DNA of 64,000 nt from Octopus sinensis (lineage: Eukaryota), in contig NC_043002.1 in NCBI RefSeq assembly GCF_006345805.1, forward strand, positions 21,886,001 through 21,950,000, read 5' to 3'. Within the stretch, counting starts at the first letter, position 1, and each line of letters begins with the position of its first letter. Position numbers and translations under genes: made by a program. Shown in pieces: positions 23,963 to 36,269 of this stretch. The notes beneath the pieces were generated by a model. It was not told the DNA's origin. It did not search any database and worked only from the letters and a program-made list of their open reading frames with translations.

Positions 23963-24832
23963 CACTACACGTGCACACATGAAAATTTGCTCCTGGGCTT
24001 ATATGTCACCACACTCTTGCATAGCAGTGACACACGCCATAAATAATTCCTACATTGTTTTCCATTCTTTGTGCTGAGAAAAGAAAATGTCTATGCTACA
24101 GATTAATTAAATTAAATAAAACGTCACGAGGTGATTTAATACAGTTGAGAGGCGATTAGAATATTACATTTCAATGAAGTTATGCCATAAAAATAGTTTC
24201 CCTCTTAAGATAACAGTATACCTACTAATGGATACATGTATGGTTGTGTTTTAAAGAAGTTAGTTTTAGAACTATGTGGATCTGAGTTCGATCTCTCCAC
24301 TATGCAGTACATTGTGCAAGTGTTTTTTTTCTTCCTAACATATTATTAGGTAGATTAACACTTTGTGAACCAATCACCACGGGCAAAGAAATCACTGTAA
24401 ATGGACAGGCTGTTGTTATCGTTATTAAGGACGAACGGGAGAAGTAGTAACCCTTAACAGAAGTACGTATAGCAAATATTTTTTGTCGATACGGTGTTTT
24501 AATTTCTAGCTTTGTGGTGAGAAGTTAATACGATTTTATGTTCGATGTAGTTATTTTAATAATGAGCAGATGTCGGCATAATAGGCATGCCACGTTAATG
24601 ATCTGCTTCTGGTTGTTTGTTTATTGATTCCCAGTCAGCGTTTATGTCTTTAGCGCTGTTGACGTCGCCAGATTTAATAGTACTGTCCATGTGTCGAAAC
24701 CATAGTGATATCTGTTGGGCAGCTGATGATGGGAATGTAAACTTGACATGATTATTTGCGAATCTTTTGTATCTTGGAGTCTTGTTATTCTGGCCCTAAC
24801 ATTAAAGCTCATTTAATATATATGTATATATA

Positions 24833-25286
24833 TACAAGATAAGAAAATGGAGAAATACATCTAAATCAAATATCAATTTACCAGATAATACTCAATCACA
24901 TACTTATTAAACCACCACATAAGAGACTGTAGGGTTAAATATAAAAAGCAGAACAAATCAGTGTACATAAAGGAATGTACATAAAAAAGTGTACATAAAA
25001 GAGGTAATGTTGTATAATAAGTAGAATATAATAAAAGAAGAATATATAATATAAGTAAAAATAAATAAGTATATTTATATTTACTTATATTTATATTCTC
25101 TTTATATAGATTCTACTTATTATACAACATGACTCTTTATGTACATTCCTTTATGTACACTGATTTGTTCTGCTTTTCATATTTAACCTACAGTCTTCTT
25201 ATGTGGTGGTTTAATAAAGTATGTGATTGAGTATTATCTGGTAATGATATTGATTTAGATGTATTTCTCCATTTTCTTATCTTGTA
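24833..25286. repeat. Fold-back element with inverted arms of about 225 bp
   Basis: TACAAGATAAGAAAATGGAGAAATACATC.. versus ..GATGTATTTCTCCATTTTCTTATCTTGTA. Confidence 0.92.
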
Positions 25287-25450
25287 TTAGTAATTTGTGG
25301 TAAATCATTTACCTTCCCATATAATACAGTAAATGAATGATTGCAATCGCAATCATTAACATTATGTATTAACTTTGTTGGGTACTTCACTAGCAGTATA
25401 TTGGATTATGTTATCCCATGGAGGTTGCATTTACAACCCCTATCTCAATT

Positions 25451-25517
<67 letters not shown>

Positions 25518-25567
25518 ATATACATATATATATACGCACGCACGTACACACACACACACACACACAT

Positions 25568-26020
25568 AGGAGTGGGTGTCGCTTCCTTACAACCACATGT
25601 TCCGGGTTCAGTCCCATGTGGGGCACCTGGGCAGGTCTTCTACTATAGCCTCGGGCCGACAAAAGCCTTGTGATGGATTTGGTAGACGGAAACTGAAAGA
25701 AGCCCGTTGTATATATGTATATAATATGTCTGTGTATATATGTTGTAGATATAATAATATATTATATAGATATATATATATATATATGTATGTAGGGTGT
25801 GTATATGTTTGTGGGTCTGTGTGTGTGCTCCAACATCGCTTGACAACCGATGGTGGTGTGTTTATGTCCCCCTTAATTTAGCGGTTCGACAAAAGAGACC
25901 GATAGAATAAGTACTAGGCTTACAAAGAATAAGTCCTGGAGTTGATTTGCACGACTAAAAGCGGTGCTTCAACATGGCCGCGATCAAATGACTGAAACAA
26001 GTAAAAGAGTAAAAGAGTAA
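25568..26020 (+). mobile_element. SINE family A
   Basis: Head, internal TA/TG tract and tail all present. Confidence 0.85.
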
Positions 26021-26569
26021 AGGAGAGCAGAGTGACTCAAAAACTGAAAGTTGTGTATGTATGTATGTATGTATGTATGTATGTATGTATGTATGTATGT
26101 ATGTATGCATGCATGTATGTATGTATGCATGTATGTATGTATGTATGTATGTATGTATGTTTGCATGTATGTATGTATGTATGTATGTATGTATGTATGT
26201 ATGTATGTATGTATGTATGTATGTATGGGTGCTAAGGGAGATCATGAGAAATTGAGAGCTTCATTATTTGTAGCAACTTGGAAGCTTTAAATTGTATGGT
26301 GGCAAGCCAGGGTGGAGAGATGCACGACTAGAATACTGGGGGAGATACAAGACTGTTTCCTTGCATTAAGTGTGTATCGAATGCGACTTCTTTGCACTTT
26401 TGAAGGAAGCAATGTTGCAATACTCCAATCTTCAATTATGTTGTCAAGGTCTATCCTCATTTAGACAGCGTAAGCCGAGCAAGTGTTATGGCTGAAGTTG
26501 CGTGCGAAGAAGATTGGGTGCGAAGAAGATTAAGTAGAAAGGACTGTGACACCATTTGTGCAAGGCAGT

Positions 26570-27055
26570 GCTGATGGCTGAGATGGTAGTGGTAATGATG
26601 ATGATGATGATGATGTTAGTGGTGGTGATGGAAGTGGTAATGGCAGGGGTGGGGATGGTGGTGGTGATGATGGTGATGCCGGTGATGATGATGATGGTGA
26701 TGAGGCCGGTGCTGGTGGTGATGGTGATAATGTCGACAGAGGTGGTGTCAGAAGTGTTGGTGGTGCTAGTGGTGGTAATGGTCGGTAGTGGTGGTAGCGG
26801 TGGTCGTCGTCGTGATGATGGCGATGAAGATGATTAAAAAATATCTGTGACGGTGAGGTTGATAGTAGTAGTAGTAGTAGTAGTTGTTGTAGTAGTAGTA
26901 GTTGTTGTAGTAGTAGTAGTAGTAGTAGTAGTAATAGCAGCAGCAGCAGATGTAGTAGTGGTGATTGTTAGTGCTCTGAGAATATTGATGTTGAGTATGA
27001 GGTTAATGTTGCTGTTGCTACAGCTGATGATGATGTTGGTGATGATGATGATGAA

Positions 27056-27096
<41 letters not shown>

Positions 27097-27295
27097 CGAT
27101 GATGATGGGGAGGATGATGATGATGATGATGATGAGGATGGCGGTGTTGCTGGTTATGATTGCGGCAGTGGTGTTGGCAATTATGATGATGATGATGATG
27201 ACAGTGATGACGATGAAGAAAGAAAAAAATAAAAGAAAAATAAGACGATTGGCAGCGAAGAAGAAGAAGAAGAGAAGAAGAAGAAGAAGAATGTA
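26570..27295. repeat. Compound trinucleotide low-complexity tract (GTG/ATG/GTA/AAG)n
   Basis: Read directly. Confidence 0.9.
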
Positions 27296-27528
27296 AGAGA
27301 AATCAGTGCCCGTTAAAATGACAGCCGACTCCCGTCCCAAGCTAGGCAGCCATCTTGTTGAACTAGTTTTGCCATGTTCAGTGTCCATTTATCTCCGGTA
27401 CGTTCAGTACAGACCCATACATGCACGCACACACACTGTCTCTCGCACACCCATGCATGCATAGATGCATACGAATATATGTGTGCGCAGATATCAATAC
27501 GCAACCTCAGACTCACGCAACACGCTCG

Positions 27529-27589
<61 letters not shown>

Positions 27590-27675
27590 TTATATCTCTC
27601 TCTTTCTCTCTCTCTCTATATATATATGCATACACACACATAGATATATACATACACATACAGATATATACAACA

Positions 27676-28705
27676 CTAGCAGTATCGCCCGGCGTTGCTC
27701 GGGTTGTAAGGGAAATAACTATATAAGCATTTTTAGAGAGTTATAGCCAAAAAGTAGCAAAAAATGCATTAAAAATTGAAAAAAATTAAGGTAAATTTTT
27801 CTTTAAATCGTTGACACATCGTAGATATTTTTAGAGAGTTACTCCTTATATAAAAGTGAAAAAAAATTGCATTAAAATGGAAAAATATGATGGTAAATTT
27901 TTTTTAATCGTAGACTCATCGTAGACGCGCGCTAATACCAGAAGGGCTCGTTTGTTATTCTGGGTAACTTTCTGTAAAATTATTAAAATTTTGTTCAAAC
28001 ATCGCTATAGAAAATGGGTTATTAGCTAATATTCAATTGGGTATACAACAAAATTTTACGATAGAATTTGTTATTCTGGGTAACTTTCTGATACCCATAA
28101 TAATATTTATGGCAAAATAGGCCTTAATTTCATTTAAGGTTGTGGGAAACCACAAACTATCCTTCTTTCGCTTGTTTACGTTTAGCGTAACGGTTCGTTT
28201 CTGCCGTAATGATTTCAAATGGGCTCATTCGAAAAAGTAAATAGAAATAGTCTAAGGCTTTACTCTTCTGGGAAAGTCTGTGGCTTGGTGCAGTTTCTTC
28301 AGAAAAATCACCGAAAGAAACAGTTTTTAAATTTTCACTCCATTCAGGTACCAATTCGTTTTCTTTATCGCTGTCGGATTCACTGTTTTCACTTTAATAG
28401 CTGCAAACTTGCAACAAAGGAGGAGAAGGGTGATAGCGTCAGTGAAACAATTCGCTCCCTTTGTGTGTGTGTGCGTTGGGTGGTTGTAAACCAGACTAAC
28501 AAAAGCATTGAACACAACACCAGAATGTGAGTTTTCTGTAAATTTTGCTTAATTGGAGTTTAAATTTTAAAAACTGGACCTGGCATGACGCGATTGCATT
28601 GTACTCTTAAAATTGCTAGGTAATTGTAATTGAAGAAATCCTATATTGTAGATTTGTATAACTCCCAAAGGGAGGCAGATAAAATCTGCCTTTTATAATA
28701 AGAGA
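27676..28705 (-). mobile_element. Non-autonomous Helitron, copy 2
   Basis: Same A|TC ... hairpin-CTAG|T termini and body as 9916-11066. Confidence 0.88.
28075..28354 (-). pseudogene. piggyBac (PGBD4-like) transposase fragment captured inside Helitron copy 2
   Basis: ALDYFYLLF..EIITAETNRYA followed, across a frameshift, by LWFPTTLNEIKAYFAINIIMGIRKLPRI; these are characteristic N-terminal piggyBac motifs. Confidence 0.75.
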
Positions 28706-28965
28706 TATATATATGCACATATATATGCATACATATATATACATACACACACATACATATATATATATATACATATATATACATACATATATACATGCAT
28801 ACCTATATATACATACATATATATATATATATATCTGCATATATATATATATATATATACATACACACGCATACACACACACACATATAAATATATATAT
28901 ATACATACATACATACATATACATAAATACACACACGTGTGCGAACGCACACACACGCATTATAC

Positions 28966-29002
<37 letters not shown>

Positions 29003-29308
29003 GCACGCAAATACACGCACAAGCACATTACTAAACCTTTCTATAAAACAGACGGAGATGTTACGTGGCAGACATATGAATATTTAATGGAGGCAAGCGG
29101 TCAGCCAGCATTCATATCCTCTAGCCTTTCAAATCTATCGAACCACACACACACACACACACGCGCATGCATTTTGGCATTGACACACTCACTGACATAT
29201 ATTTTGTTATATAATATATGCCCATATGATTTTATACATATGCTAATACACATTCTTCTTCACGTAAGTATATATGTACGTGTATGTGTGTATACATGCA
29301 TATATATA

Positions 29309-29361
<53 letters not shown>

Positions 29362-30159
29362 TCAATATAGGGTGGCAAGGAAAATTTTGTAGAATTTTAT
29401 TGCCACCAGCGGCCCAGCGGGAAAAAATTAAATAGTCATAGACCATTTTTAAGTTCATGGAGGATTGGCTTGATTTAATTTAATCAGGTTAGTTTACCAT
29501 TAAACAGAGGATGAAACGGTATACCGTACAAGAAATTACAGGGTAAATGTTTTTTTAATTTTCTCCTGTTTACGGAATTAATCTTTATTTGCGGTAGAAG
29601 CTTTGGCTGTTATTTCTAGTGGGTGAATGGCCTATTATGGACGTTCCTTAATTGTTAATATATATATATATATATATGTATGCATATACTTATATGTGAA
29701 TACATAGGTATGTATACATTACGTGTATGCGTGTATATAAGTGTGTATACTGTAGCTAGGATACTAGTATCACAAAGACACAATGAATAAATAAATAATA
29801 CATATATAAATGAAAAAAAGAAAAAAAACGCCCTCCTGGAATGAGTGTTGCTTGGTGAGAAGCTGTGCTCATTACTGGGTGAGCCGTAAATCACAGTAAT
29901 TAAAGCCTAAATAATTAGGCTGTTAATAAGGCTAATGATGCCGAGTGTCTTTCGAAGTTTCTCAGGCTTCTGGTAAGTTGGTCTTTAAAGTTCACAAGAC
30001 GGTTTATGGTGAGAAAGATGGCCACAAGGTCGAGGTCAATTCACTTATGTTGCTGTTGTTGCGTGAATTGTTTACCTTTTAGTGAGTTGTAATCAAGCGC
30101 TCCAGTCGTGCCCGTCCTTTTTTCTCAGATATATTATATTTAAAAATTTCGCTATCTGG

Positions 30160-30670
30160 TTATTATAAAGTAGCATCCCTTCGATGGTGTGTCTGGAAGA
30201 AGGCCAACATCTCTGTAAGGACCAGGAACCGACCTTTCCACACGCTGGTCCTGCTTGTCCTCTTCTTCAGTGCTAAGACCTGGACTTTCCTCAAACAAGG
30301 CCTGAACAAGCTCGAAATTTTTCCAAATGCGATGTCTCCGTAAGATCTTTACTGTCTCTCTACGCGACCAGATCTCAAACGACAACATCCGAGAACAAAG
30401 CCAGCAGCTGCTGACCAATGAAGACCAAGTCCGGCAGTGCAGGTTTACAGCGGTTTGGTCACGTCTGCAGGATGAGCACCGGAAGACTTCTACACCAACT
30501 TTGTGTGACGGCAGCGACCCACAAACTGGAGAAACCAGCGCAGGGCATCAAGGAAGACTTGGGTGAAACAGATTGAGGAAGACCTGAAGTCACAACACCC
30601 CAACCTCGAACATGCTAAGGTCAGCGCCATGGCTCGGAAAGCGTGAAATATCATCATCAGTATGTAAACC
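30160..30670 (+). mobile_element. RTE LINE 3' fragment
   Basis: VWKKANISVRTR..KTWTF..LEIFQMRCLRKIFTVSLRDQISNDNIRE..KTWVKQIEEDL. Confidence 0.75.
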
Positions 30671-30779
30671 ATTGACTACATCCCCGGTACTAAACATACG
30701 AACTGTACTAACTACTGACCCAAGTGCGAAGCCTTATTGACGAGGTCATTCATGTGTTTTATATAGTTACTTATTGAAC

Positions 30780-31135
<356 letters not shown>

Positions 31136-31248
31136 ATCCATCAAGTGTGGACATGTACACACACACACAATCTATAAATTTTTATATAGTGTGTGCTTAT
31201 ATCTAAATCTCTCTATTTCTGTCTGTCTGTGTCTCTCTCTCCACACAC

Positions 31249-31292
<44 letters not shown>

Positions 31293-31433
31293 CACCACAC
31301 ACACACACACGCACACACACATATATGTATGTATGTATGTATATGTATAAATAACTGTGTGTACATGCTTATATTCAAGTATGCATAGAGGTAGATGGAG
31401 ATAAATAGAAAAATAGATAGATAGATAGATAGA

Positions 31434-31477
<44 letters not shown>

Positions 31478-31628
31478 AGATGGAGAAATATTAAAGCAAA
31501 CACAAACATGTGTGTGTGTACGTGTGTGAAGGCTTAGCTATTTAATGAGACCCTGCCAACGCACATATCTCAAGCTTGCATACAAACTTATAAAACATGC
31601 ACACATACCTCTTACATACTTACTGTAC

Positions 31629-31680
<52 letters not shown>

Positions 31681-31888
31681 ACACACACACACTCACACAC
31701 ACACACGTGTATGCGTGTATATATGTATGTATGCATGTATGTATTTATATATATAATGTATGTATATAGAATTATATATATAAAGAGAGATTTATATATA
31801 CATATATATGAATATATGTCTATGTATCTATCCATCCGTCTGTCTGTCTATCTATCTATATATCTGTCTGTCTGTCTGTCCGTCTGTC

Positions 31889-31931
<43 letters not shown>

Positions 31932-33215
31932 ATACGTACACACATAAACACACATACACACATATGAATCTCATGATATACATACATATGTATGCGTATG
32001 TGTTTGTGTGGGCGTTCGTATATGTATGTGTGTGTGTGTATGTGTGTGTGTATGTGTGTTTGTGTGTGTGTGTGTGTATGTGTGTATCAATGATCTGAGA
32101 GAAACATACGGCCTCCCATTATTCTATTATTAATATGAAGACAGATAAGACAAACAAATAAATATATGAAAAAGTAAAAAAAATATAAAATAAAAATTAA
32201 CAAAGACAATATCGCTGGAACCGGTTGTTGTTTGGTTAACAATGCTAAGACGAACAATAGATACAACAACAACAACAAGAGCAGCAGCAGCAGCAGGCCA
32301 AGGAGTGAACCCCTCTGTGGTAATCTATTCTGCTAGAAATAGTAGTCAAATCTGACTCAGGTAATACCTTGTCATCGTAAAAATATTTGAGCCGTTATCT
32401 CGGATGATATACTGTTATATGTATTACTTGAAATAAAGAGCGAATGGCCACCGTCGGGATGTCTTTAATGATAGGCCTGTTCACTGAGAATTTGCCTGGA
32501 GCTAAGCAGCAGCAGCAACAACGACAACAACAATAATAACAACTACAGTAATAATTTTAACAATAAAAATGTAAACAAACAAGCGAAGGATGACACCAGG
32601 CTGTCAGCTAAGAAATAAAGTAATAGTTTGTTAGAAATCCAATTTAATAATACTAAGTAGTGCGCATGTCAAAATGACATTGGCCGACATATTTTTTAAA
32701 ATGATAGCTTCAAGGTAAAGTTTTACGTTTTAATAACTATTATTTGTTACTTTTGATTCATGGGTGAAAAATGACAAAAAAATAAGAAAAGAAAAGAAAA
32801 CGAAGTGGTATGGAAATAAGACATTGGAGCTGTATTAAATTAAAATAGTTATCTTTGTATCATATCCAGTGCATACGCACTGTCAATGCTCTGGTCACTG
32901 CGATAACATCTTTTATAGAGGTGGTGTCTAGAGGACAATAAATATAAGGGTTAAATAGATAGAGGGAGATGGGGCGGGATTCGTCTCGACAACGGTCGCG
33001 ACATCGCCAGATGTATTTCGGTCATTTTGGGCTTTTTTCAATAGCGTGCACTCACAACGAGCCGTATGTTCGGACGAGAATTCGTCGTCTCTTATATAGG
33101 AAGAAGTGAATGAAATATTCACTGATGTTGCAAATAACCCCTCGGCTGAATAAAAATCCGTCATACGCAATTGAGGCAGTATTAATTCAAAATAGTTATC
33201 TATGTATCATGCTTA

Positions 33216-33270
<55 letters not shown>

Positions 33271-33703
33271 TAATCAAAATAAGCAACAAGGATATCCAGA
33301 GGTAATGCAGTACGATCGTTTCATGCGACTCCATTTAATTGAACAATGCAGACATTACATCAATTTAAAATGTAGAGCAATCTTCACCTGCATAAAAATA
33401 TAGAATTTAGTTAAATTCGAAGGACTAATCTGTATAATTTTTTTTTTATCCAAAATCAATAAGAGGATAAGCAGATAGACAAATATATTCTTTGTCTATC
33501 TACTTATCCCCTTATTAATTTTGGATAAAAAGAAAATTATACAAATGAGTCCTTCGAATTTAACTAAATTCTATATTTTTATGCAGGTGAAGATTGCTCT
33601 ACATTTTAAAGTGATGTAATGTCTGCATTGTTCAATTAAATGGAGTCGCATGAAACGATCGTACTGCATTACCTCTGGATATCCTTGTTGCTTATTTTGA
33701 TTA
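33271..33703. repeat. Near-perfect 433-bp palindrome; inverted Penelope-like pseudo-LTR pair
   Basis: Arms of about 210 bp, centre near 33487; the arms are homologous to 7465-7580. Confidence 0.92.
33581..33669 (+). ncRNA. Type I hammerhead motif with extended stem II and a C3G substitution; mirror copy at 33305-33393 on minus
   Basis: AUGCAG-GUGAAGA-U-UGC..GCA-U-GAAAC-GAUC-GUA/CUGCAU; 6-bp stem I. Confidence 0.6.
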
Positions 33704-33793
33704 TAATCACTCCATTTTGAATTGTATGGATAATACCGTACTAAATTCTGGTGCCTTTAACTTAAGTACCATATTCATCTGAATCAATATATA

Positions 33794-33838
<45 letters not shown>

Positions 33839-34239
33839 ATATATATATCAATATGCCAAATTACTGAAGCATTTGTCATGAGATAACGTCTCTTATGGAT
33901 GTGCTGTCTGAAAATACAATAAATATCAGTGGACCAAAATAGGCCGGAATGCACCTGACGTTTCGTCGGCTGATGAATTTTCGTCTTCGTCTGGTATTTA
34001 TTGTGTTTTTAACACAGCATGTCCATAAGGGATTTTATCTTAGGACAAATACCACTGACTATTCGACAGTTTATACATGAAGTATCATATTATACATGGC
34101 TATGAATTACAATAAACGTATTAAATCTATAGTCTAGTTTACTATTAGAACATAAATTTAGAAGCATTGACAAACATGTAGATAAGATGTTATTAACAAT
34201 GAATCTCGAAGTGTATAGAGCTATGAATGATAATTTCTG

Positions 34240-35310
34240 ATTTAGGCACAAGTTCATCAGTTTCGATTGGTTGGGGTAGGGATTAGTCGATTATATTGAT
34301 CTCAGAATTTAACTTGTCCGTTATTTCTTCGACACCATAGGGACGAAAGGCAAAGTTGGCCTGGGTGAGATTTGAACTTAGAACATAATAAGCCAGAACC
34401 TATACCTCGGGCATTTTTCGACGCTCTGACGAATGTGTTAATCCATCACCCTATTTCAGCAATAAATATTGGTTTCAAATTTTGGCACAAGGCCAGCAGT
34501 ATCGGGGGAGGAAGTAAGTCGATTAAGTCGATCCCAATACTCAACTGGTACCTATTTTATCGATCCTGAATGGATGAAATGCAAAGCCGACCTCAGCGGA
34601 ATTTGAACGCACATCGTAAAGACACTGCTGCGGAGCATTTTGCTCGGTGTGCTAACAATTCTGCCAGCTCACCACCTTAAATATTGATTTCAAATTTTGA
34701 CACAAGGCCAACAAGTTCGGGTGAGGGAGTAAGTCGATTAAATCGATACCAGTGCTCAACTGGTGCTGATTTCATCGAACCCGAAAAGATGAAAGACAAA
34801 GTCAACCTCGGTGGAGTTTGAACTCATAACGTAAAGACGGGCGAAAAGCTGCTAAGCATTTTCTCCGGTGTGCTAACGATTCTGTCTTAAATGGTTTCAA
34901 ATTTTGGCACAAGGCCAGCGGTTTGGGAGGGGTGCTTAAGTCAATTATATTGATCCCAGTCCTCAAATGGTACTTGTCTTATCAGCCCCGAAAGGATGAA
35001 AGACAAAGTCGATCTCCGCAGAATTTCAACTCAGACAGTAAAGACGGATGAAATACCACTAAGCATTTCGTCCGGCATGCTAACGATTCTTATTTCTTTA
35101 TTGCCCACAAGGGACTAAACATAGAGGGGACAGACAAAGGGATTAAGTCGATTATATTGACCCCAGTGCGTAACTGGTACTTAATTTATCGACCCCTGAA
35201 AGGATGAAAGGCAAAGTCGACCTCGGCGGAATTTGAACTCATAACGTAACGGCAGACGAAATACGGCTACGCATTTCGCTCGGTGTGCTAACGTTTCTGC
35301 CAGCTCGCCC
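34240..35310 (-). mobile_element. Tandem cluster of SINE family B copies and variants
   Basis: About five successive GGATGAAAGGCAAAGTCGACCTCGGCGGAATTTGAAC-like units of differing divergence. Confidence 0.85.
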
Positions 35311-35481
35311 TTCACCGCCTTAAATACTGACTTAAAACCTTAGGACTGAAGCGAGGCGAAAAGCTGCCTTTTGTAGTCATACCACATGCCTTTTGTAATC
35401 CAGTAATTTACCATTGTATATTGAATTAAATGAGCCTATACCCTGTCCCTAGAGACCATTGAAAATATTATGATGTAGTCG

Positions 35482-35648
35482 CAGGTATGGCTGTGTGGTT
35501 AAGAAACTTGCATTGCAACTACTTGGTTTTGGGTTCGGTCTCACGACTCGGCTTCATGGGAAAGTGTCTTTTAGTATAGCTCAGGGCCGAACAAAGCTTT
35601 CTGGGGCGAATTTAACGGACTGAAACTGTATGGAAGCCAATTGCAAGT

Positions 35649-35683
<35 letters not shown>

Positions 35684-35910
35684 GTGTGTGTGTGTGTGCG
35701 CGTGCATGCGTGCGTGTGTAGGTGTCCACGCGCGTCTGTGTTTGTCCCATACCATCGCTTGATACCCAGTGTTGGTTTTTTGACATCTCCGTAATTTAGC
35801 GGATGAAATAAGAACCAAGTTTAAAGATGTACCAAGGTCGATTTGTCTGACAAAATACTTCAAAGTGGAGTCCCAGCATGGCCGCAGTCCAATGACTGAA
35901 ATAATTAAAA
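35482..35910 (+). mobile_element. Old SINE family A copy
   Basis: Diverged head, (TG)n middle and CCAGCATGGCCGCAGTC..ATGACTGAAA tail. Confidence 0.75.
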
Positions 35911-36269
35911 GATAAAAAGAAAAGTTGCGTTCTTAATTCTTCTTTTAGGGTCTCCAGAAGAGGGCCAGGAAGAAGGGAAGGAGTTATCCTGACATTGGCA
36001 CCCATTTCTCTAAAAAAGTTACAACAAAGTGGACTTCACTAAAGACACCCAAAGTCCACATGAGGATGCTAAATCGGATGATGGATTAAATCTACATCCA
36101 AGAATAACAATGAGCTCTCCACGCAGTAGTTAATCTCTACTAATTTTCATTCATAAGATTTTAGCTGATCTAAAATTATGGTAGAAAACATTCACTCGAA
36201 GTGCCGCCTCGTGGGATTGAACCTGAAACCACGTAGTTTACTTAGCAACCCTCTTCACAGCAAAACGTT

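Noticed and set aside
33887-34053. Small inverted repeat with a related inverted copy near 32905-33090
   Set aside because: Probably old MITE copies; too diverged to define ends or to claim a single nested structure.
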